A stretch of 64,000 nt of DNA from positions 128,528,001-128,592,000 of the forward strand of contig NW_024704742.1 in assembly GCF_018977255.1 (NCBI RefSeq). The letters run 5' to 3'. A model generated the notes under the pieces. It was not told the DNA's origin and did no database searches. It was given only the letters and a program-made list of their open reading frames with translations. Of this stretch, positions 49,930-62,330 are shown in pieces. The stretch is from Callorhinchus milii (lineage: Eukaryota). Position numbers and translations under genes: made by a program. Numbering within the stretch: the stretch's first letter is position 1; every line of letters begins with the position of its first letter.

Positions 49930-51779
49930 GAATAGCCCTGAGGTTAAATTGCAGCCATTTCAGTGGTGCTTGATAGAGGATAGATTGAAATTCTGTTTGA
50001 AATCTGCACATCGCATATGAACTGGCACAGTATTCACTCTTTGACATACTTGATCAATACATTAAAGAGCAGATAAAGGCCTCTGGCAGCACTGTGGTAT
50101 TAAGAAATCTGTCCTATGTACAATGGTTTAGTTTTAATCATATTAACCTGTGAGACCTCATGATATAACAGTTGTTTATGCTTTCCACATGTGGGTCTGT
50201 CGCGGAATAGTAGCTAATGAATATTTTCCAAATAGAAGAAAATTATCACAATTTAGTTTACAATCTCCCAGCGCCAATCACTGAAAATCGATCTGTAAGA
50301 ATTGTAGGGAAGTGGATACTGCAGTTGTATCCTCTAATTCATTTACATGGAGGTCAAAAGGTAATGAAACATACAGCCTGTCCCATGTGCTGAATACAGG
50401 CCTGCAGGCTGCAGGATCTATTACCTTGGGAGGCACTGAATATCAAAGAAACAGCCTCAACTCCAAGCCAAATCATTATTTTATTACACAATGGCATTGA
50501 GGAATCATGTGTGTGTGTCAGCCTGCTTCAGTTGGTAGTGCTCGCACTCTGAGTCAGAAGCTTGTGAGTTCAACCCCCACATTGGGACGTGAAAGGTGCT
50601 ATCCCAAGTGTAAGCTTTATTAATAAATTCAGCAATGTTAAAATAGCCTGAATGCTTACCTTGTATTTTTTCAGCAATGCGTTCCCTAAATGTTGCCGGG
50701 TACTTGGAGTGTTTGTTGCTGTGAGAACTGAATATCAAGCAGTTTTCCTGGGCTCCAAATTGTTGGATCAGACCCAAAGCTTTACAACGTTCTTGAAATT
50801 ATTTTTTTACAACATTAAAAAATTAGTGGTTGGCATTTATGAGATTCTTGTTGCAGCTGCGAAGAGCAACAACCTTCACTGGCGATTGCGTGATTCGAAG
50901 GATGTTGGGGAGATACTTCAAATAAATTACCATCTTTTATTTGTTCTGTCACTTTGTGCTCACACGGTCTAATCCCAGGGTCTCTCACCTTGGAGACAGG
51001 CAAATGCATTCTCCTGCTTTTCTTAAAATCTCTGAAATTTCAAGACAATTTAAGGCATCTTGTATGCAGAATACAATCATGATATTGTTCCACAACATTG
51101 TGAGCTTGCAAAGAATAAACAGGAAAATAGCTTGGAGATTGGCTTGTAAGATTCTACAACAAAAGCCGCACAAGGCTTAGATCCCTGTATAGCCCAATGG
51201 ATACAGGCAAGAGCCAGAGTAGAGTAGTGAAGACTGCAGTTCTAATCCCTGGTCTCTGCTGAATGAGCCAATCTCAGCCTAGCATCAGCTGAATTGGTAT
51301 TTCCATAGATTTACATGGACTACAGTACAGAAACAGGTCATTTGGATCAATTAGTCTGTGCTGGTGTTTCTATTCCCCAACAGTCTCCACACCCTCCTTA
51401 GTCCTTCCCTTACCCTTCTATTCTCCTTTACCGTTCTGTGAAGCACTTTGAGATGTCTTGAAGATGTGATAAGATGCTATATTAAATGCAAAGATTATTA
51501 TTATTCCCTTCTCCCTCATGTGTATGCCTAATATATGTTTATCACACAATTGACCTACGAAATAGGAAGTGACAAAGAATTAGCTTCTAGCCAGGGCTCC
51601 TGCTCTTCATTGCTCTCCAGCGAGCTTTATTGGAAATGGTGCAAGTTGAGAAGTTGGGTGAGAGAATGATTGAACTTGGCTACGATGTCAACCACCAAGC
51701 AATACCATCCATAACTGAGACTTTCCAACACTCACTGTACAGGCGCATGAATGAAAAATGGTCGCTTAGGCAACGAATT

Positions 51780-52146
51780 TGGAGTCCTGTAGGTTAGTGA
51801 TTACAGCACGTGCCTCACAAGCGAGAGGACCTAGGTTTGATTCTCAAGCAGGGCAAAATGTTGGGCAAGTTTTCTTACTCCACATTGTTTGCCTAGCAGG
51901 AGGTAGAAACACAGTTGTTAATCGATTGGCAGATGGCTTTTCTGTAATAATCCCTTCAAAAAAAANTTATAAAAATAATAATTTGGTTATCCAATCCACG
52001 ACTGTTTGTGGGACACTGCTGTGTGCAATTGGATTCCAAATTTCACCCACAAAATACAGTCAATTCACTATAAATTATATTCTGTGAAGCGCTTTGACAC
52101 GTCTCAAAGATGTGATAAGGCGCTCTATCAAATGCAAGGATTATCA
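51780..52146 (+). mobile_element. tRNA-derived SINE, long subfamily (contains an N at 51966)
   Basis: Complete from head to tail. Confidence 0.9.
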
Positions 52147-52204
52147 AATGCAAAGATTAGAAGGAACAAGCTCACAATGGCAATAGAACTGAAATACCCA
52201 CAAC

Positions 52205-52850
52205 ATTGTCAGAGATACCATCCTTCAGATGAGATGTTAAACCGTTAAAGATCCTGTGGGACGATTCGAAAAGAGAAGGGTGTGTCTCCCAGTGTCCTGG
52301 CCAACAATCTCCCAGATAAAATTAGTCATACATTTCATAATAATAATAATTGTTGCATTTGATATAGAGCCTTATCATATCTTCGAGATGTCTCAAAGAA
52401 CTTCATAGAATATACTGTAAAGTGAATTGACTGCATATTCTGTGGGCAAAATGTGGCAACCAATTGCGCACAGCAGTGTCCCACAAACAGTTGTGGATTG
52501 AGTGACCATTTTTTTTGAAGGAATTATTACCCCGGAAAAGCAAACCGCCAATCGACTAACAACCAGGTTCCTACTTACTGCTAAGTAAACAGAGGAGTAA
52601 GGAAACTTGCCCAACATTTTCCACTGATGGGAATTGAATCCAGGTCTCTCACTTGTGAGGTGAGTGCTCTAACTACTGAGTTACAGGACTCCACAGCTGT
52701 ATGTGAGACATTTTTGTGCGCTCAACTGACTGTTGCATTCCCCCGCAAAATACACACAGTGACATCAGTTTAAACTATATTCTGTGAAGTGCTTTGAGAC
52801 ATCATTCTGACATGATAAGGTGATATACGAAATGCAAGGATCATTATTAT
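52205..52850 (+). mobile_element. DeuSINE split by the SINE at 52338-52693
   Basis: Deu core 52210-52337 resumes GCTGTATGTGAGACA at ~52695. Confidence 0.8.
52338..52693 (-). mobile_element. tRNA-derived SINE, long subfamily
   Basis: Complete from head to tail. Confidence 0.92.
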
Positions 52851-53075
52851 CGGACTGTGCCGTATATCAACTGGGAATATTTGATGCTGACATTTGACAA
52901 TAAAAAACATTTACCAGCAATGACCTCACTCAAGTTAATCAGCCCTAAGTGTTCCTATTAAAACAATAAAGCATTAAAACAAACTTCAGCCAGTTGCTAT
53001 GTGAAAGGTGCTATACAAATGTAAGTTGTTGTTGTTCAGAGCACACAACAAATAATCTATATGCTATTTTTCATG

Positions 53076-53292
53076 AATAATCCCTCCAAAAAAACAAAAC
53101 AATAATAAATTGGTCATTTTCAACCCACAACTGTTTGTGGGACACTGCTGTGCGCAATTGACTGCCGCGTTTTGCCCACAAATATACCGTCAATTCACTT
53201 TACAGTCTATTCTGTGAAGTGCTTTGAGACGTCGAGAAGACGTGAAAAGCGCTACATCAAATGCAAGGATTATTTATTGTTTTATTATTATT
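53076..53292 (+). mobile_element. SINE 3' two-thirds
   Basis: Body and tail. Confidence 0.9.
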
Positions 53293-54239
53293 TTTTCCTC
53301 CCATTTATTCACTAGATTTATTCTGTCAGAAAGAAACCAACCTTTTCAGCTTAATATAATTTACAGCTGTTTCCGTGCATGAAATGAACAGTTAATGCCA
53401 ACTTTGTAAATTCCTTCAAAGTGGAACATAACATATAACTCCAAGAGGGGTATAAAGGGATAGAAAGTTAAATCTGGTACCAGACAGTGACAGATGGGGT
53501 TGAGATAATGAAGGATGCGGACTTTGCAGTACAGCATTGATCGTGGACAGTCTGCGACACCAATCCATTAGAGAGAGCAGCCTTGATGGTCCAAATACTC
53601 TTTGCTATTCCACAGATACTTATATTCTTATGAATCAAGCGATTTGAAAATGTATTGCTTTGAAAATAGTATAGACATAGCTCATCTAAAACTTCTACTG
53701 ACCTTTGTTAAATCACAGGAAATAGAATGGAAAAAGAGATAACAGACAAGTCAGACATTGCCTCCTTAAAAATTCATGAGAAGAATTCTTTCTAATTAGT
53801 TTGCAAAAGCTGTCACGCAAAAACATTGGTCAATATGTTCTCAGCTGCAAAAGACAGCAATATTGCTTGATTTATGTCTTGCCTTGTCCCCTGTCCCTCT
53901 GGGTTTATTGTCTGCTATTGACAGCCATTTAGGTAAATGCAGCAAGGAGGGGAAAAAAAGTGATTTACATTGTAATACAATACAAATGATTACACTCTAA
54001 GTGTAGACATAGTACATGGGTCTGCATGTTAAACTTGTCTGTTTCAATGAAATCAGTATGAATTGGGATGTAGATTTACTAAACTTGTTTTTATTAAATT
54101 GTATTCAGTTAAAGTCGACAATGACTTCACTGGTGAAAGGATATCCTCAACCAAGATCAACTTGGTTTGTTAAAATATATATTATTTCCTTTTCAGTGCT
54201 CATAGGTGCTTACCTTTTGGATGAACCATAGATAGAAGG

Positions 54240-54570
54240 TGGAGTTCTCTAGCATATTGGTTACAGCACTTGCCTTGCAAGCGGGTTCGATTCCCGGGCA
54301 GGGGAAACCTTAGGCAAGTTTCCTTACTCCACACACCTCTATTTACCTAGCAGTAAGTAGGAACCCAGTTGTTAGTTGATTGGTAGATCCCTTTTCCGGG
54401 GTAATAATCTCTTCAAAAAAAATTGTAATCTGGTCACTCAATCCATGACTGTTTTGCCCACAAAACACACAATTAATTCACATTACAGTATATCCTGTGA
54501 AGCGCTTTAAGGTAGCTCAATGATCTGATATGGCGTAAGGCGCTATATCCAACGTAAGGAATATTATTTT
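54240..54570 (+). mobile_element. tRNA-derived SINE, long subfamily
   Basis: GGGTTCGATTCCC B box, module and tail. Confidence 0.88.
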
Positions 54571-54574
54571 TAAC

Positions 54575-54830
54575 CATTGAAATTTACAGCAGAGAAGAAG
54601 GTTATTTGGCCCATCGTGTCTGTGCTGGCTTTTTGAAGAGCAATCCATTCAGGCCATTTACCTACCTGTTCCCCACACCCTTGTAGTTTACTCCTTTCAG
54701 GTATTTATTTGGTTCCCTTTTGAAAGCTAATATGCCTCAACCATCACTCTGGCAAGGTATTCCAAAAAATTCCCCTAACCTCCACTATGCTCATTGTCTA
54801 CCTATCTTAAATTTAAATTGGTTTCCAGAC
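54575..54830 (-). mobile_element. CR1 3' fragment
   Basis: ATTTACAGCAGAGAAGAAGGTTATTTGGCCCATCGTGTCTGTGCTGGC. Confidence 0.7.
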
Positions 54831-55036
54831 AACGTGATGCTGATATCACCCAAACCTATCAAATACTTGCTAGCATCTCATTAAGAGGGTTAGTAAGAAC
54901 TTGCATTTTTCAGCATCTCAAAGCATTACAAGATAATTATTATCAAATTACACTTGGCTACTACAAACAGATGAATGACTGATTAATCTGTGAGTTGTTG
55001 GCCAAGACAACTGGATAAATTTTCTTCTGTTTTAAT

Positions 55037-55121
55037 GGTGAGTGTGTTGATGGTGAGTATGGTGTGTTGATGTGTTGGTTGTGAGTGTGGTGTATTGATT
55101 GTGGGTGTGGTGTGTTGGATT
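55037..55121. repeat. Degenerate GT-rich minisatellite (~17-19-bp units, GTGAGTGTGGTGTGTTGAT-like)
   Basis: Direct reading. Confidence 0.7.
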
Positions 55122-55504
55122 GTGCTCAGTTGTGATGCCCCCTACAATACAATAAAATAGCCTGCTCATACCGTCTATGCAAGCTGACATGTGAGTTACT
55201 TGGACCAGGTACTGGAGAATGGCTGATCCTTATGGAACTATAAGGCAGCAGAAAGCAAAATGAGCTGAAACACCTTCAACAGAGGTGGAGAGGAGAGAGA
55301 AAATTGAAGCAAAAAAATTGGTGAGTGAGGAAAAAAAGATTTGATATATAAAGCAAATTGAAACAAGTAGATTGCCGACCCCACTGTCAAGAATGCATGA
55401 CTCTAGAATGAGAGATGTGCATTTAAATTCTCTTTGATTGGAAACATGCACAAAGTTCAGCATAGTGATAAAACCACTGCTAAATGGCATTTCATTGTTT
55501 GTGA

Positions 55505-55665
55505 GACTGTTTGTGGGACACTACTGTGCGAAATTGGCTGTCGCCTTTCGCCCACATAATATACAATCAATTAATTGTACAGAATATTCTGTGAAAGACT
55601 TTGAAACATCTCAAAGACATTATATCAAACGCAAGGATTATTATTATTATTACTATTATTATAAT
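55505..55665 (+). mobile_element. SINE 3' half
   Basis: GACTGTTTGTGGGACAC through to (ATT)n. Confidence 0.85.
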
Positions 55666-55851
55666 GGACAACATTTTTCTGATCATACAGAAATTTGGAT
55701 GTTTGTTTGAACAAATTACCAACTCCGTGTGCTCTGCAAACTCATGCCAACTACACATAGACAGTGGGTGAAAATATTCTTCATGGCGGGGCTGAGTAAA
55801 GTTCAGTTAAAGGGTCTATTCCTTTTAAGACAGATGAGATGTTAGCTTGAC

Positions 55852-56215
55852 TAATGATAATAATAATCCTTCCATTTGATATAATGCCTTATCATGTCTT
55901 TGAGACGTCTCAAAGCCTTCACGGAATATAGTGTAAAGTGAATTGACAGTGTATTTGTGGGTAAAAATGCGGCAGCCAATTGCACACAGCAGTGTCCCAC
56001 AAACATTCGTGGATTGAATGAACATTTTTTTTAAGGGTTTATTCCCCCCGGAAAAGCAATCCGCCAATCGATTAACAACCGGGTTCCTACTTACTGCTAG
56101 GTAAACAGAGGCGTGTGGAGTAAGGATACTTGCCCAAAGTTTCGCCCTGCACGACAATCAAACCCAGGTCCTCTCACTTGTGAGGCAAGTCCTCGAACCA
56201 CTAACCTACAAGACT
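55852..56215 (-). mobile_element. tRNA-derived SINE, long subfamily
   Basis: Complete from head to tail. Confidence 0.92.
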
Positions 56216-56586
56216 GTAGATAGATTTTAGGGGGGGCTAGGCTGAGCCCCCTCTGGCCCTACCCTAGCCACCCACTGCCTCTGCTGCTACATATCCCAAT
56301 TCTCCTCTGCTGCCCACAATCAGCAACTGAGTTTCTGCCATTATATTTCTCCCTCTTCGAAAAATACCTCCGCTACTCCCTCTATGCTTTCAAACTCCTT
56401 CTAAAACCTTACTTCTTTGACAATGCCTTCGATCAACCTCCTAACCCCCTTCACCCTTCTCAAAATCCCACCTTGCACAGGTATCGACTCTATCTCATTA
56501 AGAGCTTAAAGACATCATTCCATCTGAAAGGTTCGATGTAGATGTAGGCTGTTGTTTTGTTTCTACATGATCAGAATTAAAATTCC

Positions 56587-57118
56587 ATGCATTTGATATT
56601 GTGCCTTTTATGTCTGGAGGGCATCTCAAAGCACTTCACGGGATTCACTATAATGTATAGTGATTGTATTTTGGAGGCAAACTTTAATATGTACTACAAT
56701 AGCTCCACAAACAGCGAGAAATTGAATGATCAATCCATCTCTACCCACTCCTCGCTCCCTCCCTTCCCTCCCCTCACCCTGACCATTTCCCTCCTGCTCG
56801 GGTCCTGACCCAACTGTCCAGTGCCTTGGGACGTCCTCCCTACGTGAAAGGTGCTCTATAAATGGAATCTTGTTGTTGTTGTTATTGTATCTGGGCATTA
56901 TTGGAGAAACTCCCTTCCCTTTTCAAATAGTGCCTTGGGATCTTTAACATCCACTTGGACAGGCAGATGGGACCACCATTTGACTTCTCTCCTGAAGGTA
57001 TCTCTCGCAGTGTATTGAGAATGTCATCTTAGAGTTTAAATTCAAAATCCTGACGTGGGGCTGGGAACTCACAAACTTCTGTTTCAGAGGCGAGCATGCT
57101 TCCAACTGAGCCAGGCTG
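56587..57118 (-). mobile_element. DeuSINE split by an L2 type A 3' fragment (56736-56888, plus)
   Basis: AAATAGTGCCTTGGGATCTTTAACATCCAC; head CTTCTGTTTCAGAGGCGAGCATGCT. Confidence 0.8.
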
Positions 57119-58374
57119 AAAACATCAGTATCACGAAAGTCATTTAAAAATTCTTCCGTGTTCCAGTATATCAACAGCTTTCTCTTTAGGGGGGAATGAA
57201 TCAAATGTGTTTTCTAAAACCTTAATTTTGAATGACACAATACAGAAATTCTAGCTGTTTAGAGTCGAAAACATGGCACAATCTTAGCACTGTGGATTTG
57301 TATTCTCTGAAGGCTGGGTGAAACCCACTTGCAGCATGTGACTGCACTGTAAAACTCTAATTTGGTACTGGATTCCCCTGAGGACCGAGCAACACATTAA
57401 AATTCAGTGACCTATGAGCTGTCTTTAGGGATCTACAACCATGTCATCTTTCCCATGCCTGACCTTTTTTTTTAACTAGGGTTATTCCTGGGTTATAAAA
57501 ATGGTTCACATTAACTGGAGATGCTTCGGTTGATTCAGAACTGACAGAGATGAGTTGACGCCATTCACCCTGGGCAGAAGCATTTAAATCTGAATAATAA
57601 TTTACGCACAATTTAACACAGTGTAAAGGTTAAACGTAATGTCATGCAGTATGATGGGCTAATAGCAATCCTGAGACATAAACATGGGTCTCGACAAAGC
57701 ACCTTTTGATGGTCTAATGATATATCCGGGTTAAGCTGCGATGTTCTTTACTTGTGCAATCAATAACATTTAGTATCTGTAGGCATGCTAAAACTGAACA
57801 CAGCGTAATTCAATAAAGAAGCTTTTACAAAAAATGTAACATTTGACCCAATTATTGGCAATAATGGTGAAAGTAAAACAGAAATTAGGAAAGTGGCCCA
57901 GAGGTGCAGTACACTGCTCTGTCGAATCACTGGGGTGTACTTTGTGCAGAGTTAATAGAGGAAATGGCCTATCATTAGGGGGAAAGTGACTTATTGGTAA
58001 ATCTGTGTGGATCATGTGTTTCTGATGGTGTAGCAACATTGTGCCAACTAATAGGAATACAATGTTGGTTACCAGATTTGAGGGATTTGCCAAAGAGTGA
58101 CACTGATTAATATAGATGTGACTGTATATCTTTCTGTGAGTTTAGTGGTGGACAGGAGGGTGTCACTATATCAAAGAAACACAGAGTCTTTCTTCCAGTT
58201 CATCTTGTTTAGATTCTCTTGTCACCAGGATTTACCCGTAAACACTCATTACTGTAATTGGTTCCTCATTTCATTGGTCTTTGTGGGATATTGCTAGCAT
58301 AGAATAGCCTGCCAGGTTTGCCTGCAACATTTTAATTTCACTTTCAATTCCAATGTTATTTTGTGAACTCCAGG

Positions 58375-59005
58375 ACTACTGGCGTCCTGACGGACTGCCT
58401 GTCTGACATCGAGTCCTGGACGAGGGCCAACTTTCTCCTACTCCCACCACCTCTGCAACATTGCCAGATTCCCCCACTGCCTCACCCCTCAGGCTGCTGA
58501 AACCCTCATCCTTGCATTTGTCACCTCAAGGCTTGATTACGGGAACTCTCTCCTCATCGGCCTTCCCAACTCTTCCCTTCACAAGCTGCAGATCATCCAA
58601 AACTCTGCAGCTCATGTACTCTCATGCACCAGGTTCCGTGACCATATCACTACCACCCTCGCCTGACTCCACTGGCTCCCCATCCCCCAGAAGATCGAGT
58701 TCAAGATCTTCGTCCTCACTTTTAAAGCCATCCATGGCCTTGCCCCCTCCTACCTCTCTGACCTGCTGACTCCCTACCAACCTGCCCGCTCCCTCCGTTC
58801 ATCGGGCTCCGGCCTGCTCCATGTTTCCCGCCCAACCCTCCCTACCATCGGTGGCCGGGCTTTCAGCCTCTCTGCCCCCACACTCTGGAACTCCATCCTA
58901 CGGTCCCTTCACCTCACTTCCTCCCTTGCCTCCTTCAAAACCGGCCTCAAGACCCTTCTTTTCGATCGTCCTTTGGTCTCCCTCCCACCTCTCTGCCTTC
59001 CCTCA
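58375..59005 (+). mobile_element. L2 3' fragment lacking tail
   Basis: CTCCACTGGCTCCCCATCCCCCAGAAGATCGAGTTCAAGATC (LHWLPIPQKIEFKI). Confidence 0.88.
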
Positions 59006-59237
59006 CCCCTATGGGATATTAAAATAGGTCCTTGCACCTGCAAGATTGAAAGCCAAGGTAAGTGAAACTGTATATTTAGGTATTTCTGAAATTAATCCCT
59101 TAATAAAGCATCTTTGCTTTGACGACATGATAAAGCACCATATTAAATGAAATGATTATTATGATTAGTATTAACAATAATGAATCCCAATTCATTCAAA
59201 TGGGACCTTTCAGTAATAATTATAATTTCAATATTCG

Positions 59238-60871
59238 GTACAGCGTGAAACCTACCACCTGCTGCCTCGATCCCCTCCCCACCAACTTATTGGTCACCTA
59301 GCTCCCCCTCCTCTGCCCACTACTGGCTGATATCATCAACCAATCCCTCTCCTCCGGATCAGTCCCTGCCTCCCTCAAAATTGCCGTCATCAACCCCTCC
59401 TGAAAAAACTCCCTAGATCCCTCAAACCCCAGGCACTACCGCCCTATTTCAAATCTGCCCTTCCTCTCAAAAGTTCTAGAACGCGTTGTGGCCAACCAAC
59501 TTCGCGCACACCTCTCCTCCCACTCCCTCTTCGAACCCCTCCAGTCCGGTTTCCGCCCTGCCCACATTACAGAGACTGCGCTTGTGAAAGTCACAAACTA
59601 CATACTCTCTATCTGTGACCAGGGCTCCCTCTGCCTCCTTGTCCTCCTGGACCCCTCCGCCGCGTTTGACACTGTCGATCACGCCATCCTCCTCCACCGT
59701 CTTTCCTCCGTCATCCACCTCAGTGGGACCGCACTCGGCTGGTTCGAGTCCTACCTCACAAACCGCCAGCAGTACATCTGCACAAATGGCTTCTCCTCCC
59801 ACTCTCACCCGGTCACCTGCGGGGTACCCCAAGGATCCATCCTTGGCCCCCTCCTCTTTCTGATCTACATGCTCCCTCTTGGGGATATCATCGATAGACA
59901 TGGGGTACATTTCCACATGTATGCAGATGACACCCAACTCTATTTTTCCACCTCTCTTTGTGACCCCCAGTCCCCTGATGTTCTGTCAGCCTGCCTGTCA
60001 GATCTCAGGGGCCGGATGAGCATAAACTTCTTTCAGCTAAACGTTGACAAGACTGAAACCATACTCTTTGGCTCTCGTCAACATCCAAAATCTCATGGCT
60101 CTCATCTCCTCTACCTACCCGACCTCCCCCTAAAACTCTCCGAACCCATACGCAACCTAGGCGTCAGGTTCGACCCCCAATTATTCTTCCTCCCCCACAT
60201 CCGCTCCCTCATCAGCACTGCCTTCTACCACCTCTAACACATCACCAGTCTCCCCCAATACCTCTCCCCAAAAGCCGCTGAAACCCTGGTCAATGCCTTT
60301 GTCACCTCTCGGCTGGAATACTCTAACGCCCTCCTCGCCAGTCTTCCATCCACTACCATCCATAAAATCCAAATCATTCAAAACTCTGGCTCCCGCATTC
60401 TCACCCGCATGAAACTCCGCTCCCCGATTACCCCAGTCCTTGCCAGACTGCACTGACTGCCTATCCCAGAGAGGATCGATTTCAAGATCCTCATCCTTGT
60501 ATTCAAGTCCCTGCACTCCTTTGCACCCACCTACCTCTCTGACCTCCTCTCTCCTCAAAACAGTACTCGTTGCCTTCGTTCCTCCGGGTCTGGCTTCCTC
60601 CTCGTCCCCGAGTCCTCCGCTCCACCCTCGGCGGCCGTGCCTTCAGCCACTATGCCCCGAGGGTCTGGAACTGCCTTCCTCACTCCCTTCGTCCCACTCC
60701 CTCCCTTCCCATTTTCAGGTCTCTGCTGAAGACCTTTCTTTTCAACCGTGCCTTTTGTCACCTTCCTTCCCCTGGCTCGGACCCAGGATCTGTTACTGTA
60801 AAGCGCTCTGAGACGCCGTCCGGTGTGGAGGGCGCTATATAAATCCAAGTTGTTGTTGGTGTTGTTGTTGT
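59238..60871 (+). mobile_element. 5'-truncated L2 LINE (type B) with most of the RT domain
   Basis: ORF 59488-60237: QSGFR..H.TETAL, LDPSAAFDTVDH, GVPQGSILGPLLF, YADD; stop at 60235; tail GACGCCGTCCGGTGTGGAGGGCGCTATATAAATCCAAG(TTG)n. Confidence 0.96.
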
Positions 60872-60916
60872 AGCATCTTTTATGTTGGGAGGGAGTCTCA
60901 AAGTGCTTCACAGATA

Positions 60917-61205
60917 TCATAGAATCATAGAAACATAGAATTATACAGCACAGAAGGAGGCCATTCGGCTCTCCCCATAACCTTGCAAATGTGTCCTCCC
61001 CAAATAATTATCTACTTCTCTTTTAAAAGTTGTTTTCGAATCAGCTTCCACCACCCTTTCAGGCAATGCATTCCAGATCCGAAAACTTGCTGTGTGAAAT
61101 CATTTCTCCTCACCTACCCTCTGTTTCTTTTAACAACTATCTAAAATCGGTGTCTTCTGAACACCCGCCAGTGGAAATAGTTTCTCCTTGTTCACTCTAT
61201 CAAGG
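60917..61205 (-). mobile_element. CR1 3' fragment (same family as 19971-20295)
   Basis: CATAGAATCATAGAA tail; CAGCTTCCACCACCCTTTCAGGCAATGCATTCCAGA. Confidence 0.88.
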
Positions 61206-61480
61206 AAGGTCTTCAAGCAGGACTTGAAAAGGGGAGAGAGGGGCAAGGCGGGGGGATGGAGGGAAAGTGTTCCATAATTTTGGCACATAGTGGCACGGAG
61301 CATGTGATGGACAAGCAGGAGTCTGATGCCAGTCGAATGGAGGCACTGGGTGGTGGATTGGGGAGTGAGGAGGTCAGAGAGGTAGGGAGATGTAGGGAGG
61401 AGCCAGAGAATGAAGGGATTTGAACACAAGTGTGAGGATCTTGAATTCAATCCATTTGGTGATGGGGAGCCAGTGACCAG
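61205..61480 (-). mobile_element. Old L2 3' fragment
   Basis: PYLSDLL...FKSCLKTF remnant. Confidence 0.7.
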
Positions 61481-61892
61481 AACTCGTGAAATGAGGTATA
61501 AATGGTATAGATCAAAAATATACTGTCGAGTGAATGTACGTTTTGTAGTTGAAATTGGCAGTCAATTTGCACAGAACAATGACCCACAAACAGCCATCAA
61601 GTGAATGAGCAATTTCATTGGCGGATTGTTGACCAAGATATTGGAAGAAACTGCCTAACAACAACAACAAAAACAACAACTTGCATTTATGTAGTACCCT
61701 CCATGCCAGTCAGCATCTCAGAGCGCTTAAACCCTAACCATAGTAACCTAGAGGTACGTCATGCCAGCCTTCGGGAATTCCTCTCTGTGCAATCTACATC
61801 CGTAATGAAGTTCCCAGCAAATGTCAGGAATTCTATAAGAATTTGTTTTTTTACAGTATGATCAATCCTCCAAATTGATCGGTCATTCATTT

Positions 61893-62273
61893 TAATAATA
61901 ATCCTTGCATTTGATATTGCGCCTTATCATGTCTTTGGGATGTCTCAAAGTGCTTCACTGAATATACTATACATTGTGGGTGAAACACAGCAGCCAATTG
62001 TATATTTTGTGGGTGAAATACGGCAGCCATTTGCGCACAGCAGTGTCCCACAAACAGTCTTGGATTGAATGACCAAATTATTATTATTAATTTTTTGAAG
62101 GGATTATTACCCCTGGAAAGGCGATCCACCAATCGACTAACAACCGGGTTCCTATTTACTGCTAGGTAACAGAGGTATGTAAAGTAAGGAAACTTGTCCA
62201 AAGTTTCGCCCTGCCTGGGAATCAAACCCAGATCCTCTTACAAGTGCTCTAACGACTGAGCTATAGGATTCCA
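61893..62273 (-). mobile_element. tRNA-derived SINE, long subfamily, with a ~33-bp internal tandem duplication
   Basis: Complete from head to tail; TTGTGGGTGAAA..C.GCAGCCA occurs twice. Confidence 0.9.
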
Positions 62274-62330
62274 CATCTTGTGGCTGTTTGTGGGGACTTT
62301 GCTGGTGCAAATGGTCACTACGGATGCTGT

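Noticed and set aside
50654..50790. Minus-strand donor AAG/GTAAGC ending an open frame (..FRERIAEKIQG)
   Set aside because: Weak acceptor, unrecognised peptide and no partner exons
59488..60237. RT ORF as an active or novel reverse transcriptase
   Set aside because: Standard L2 RT; 5'-truncated, no endonuclease, premature stop
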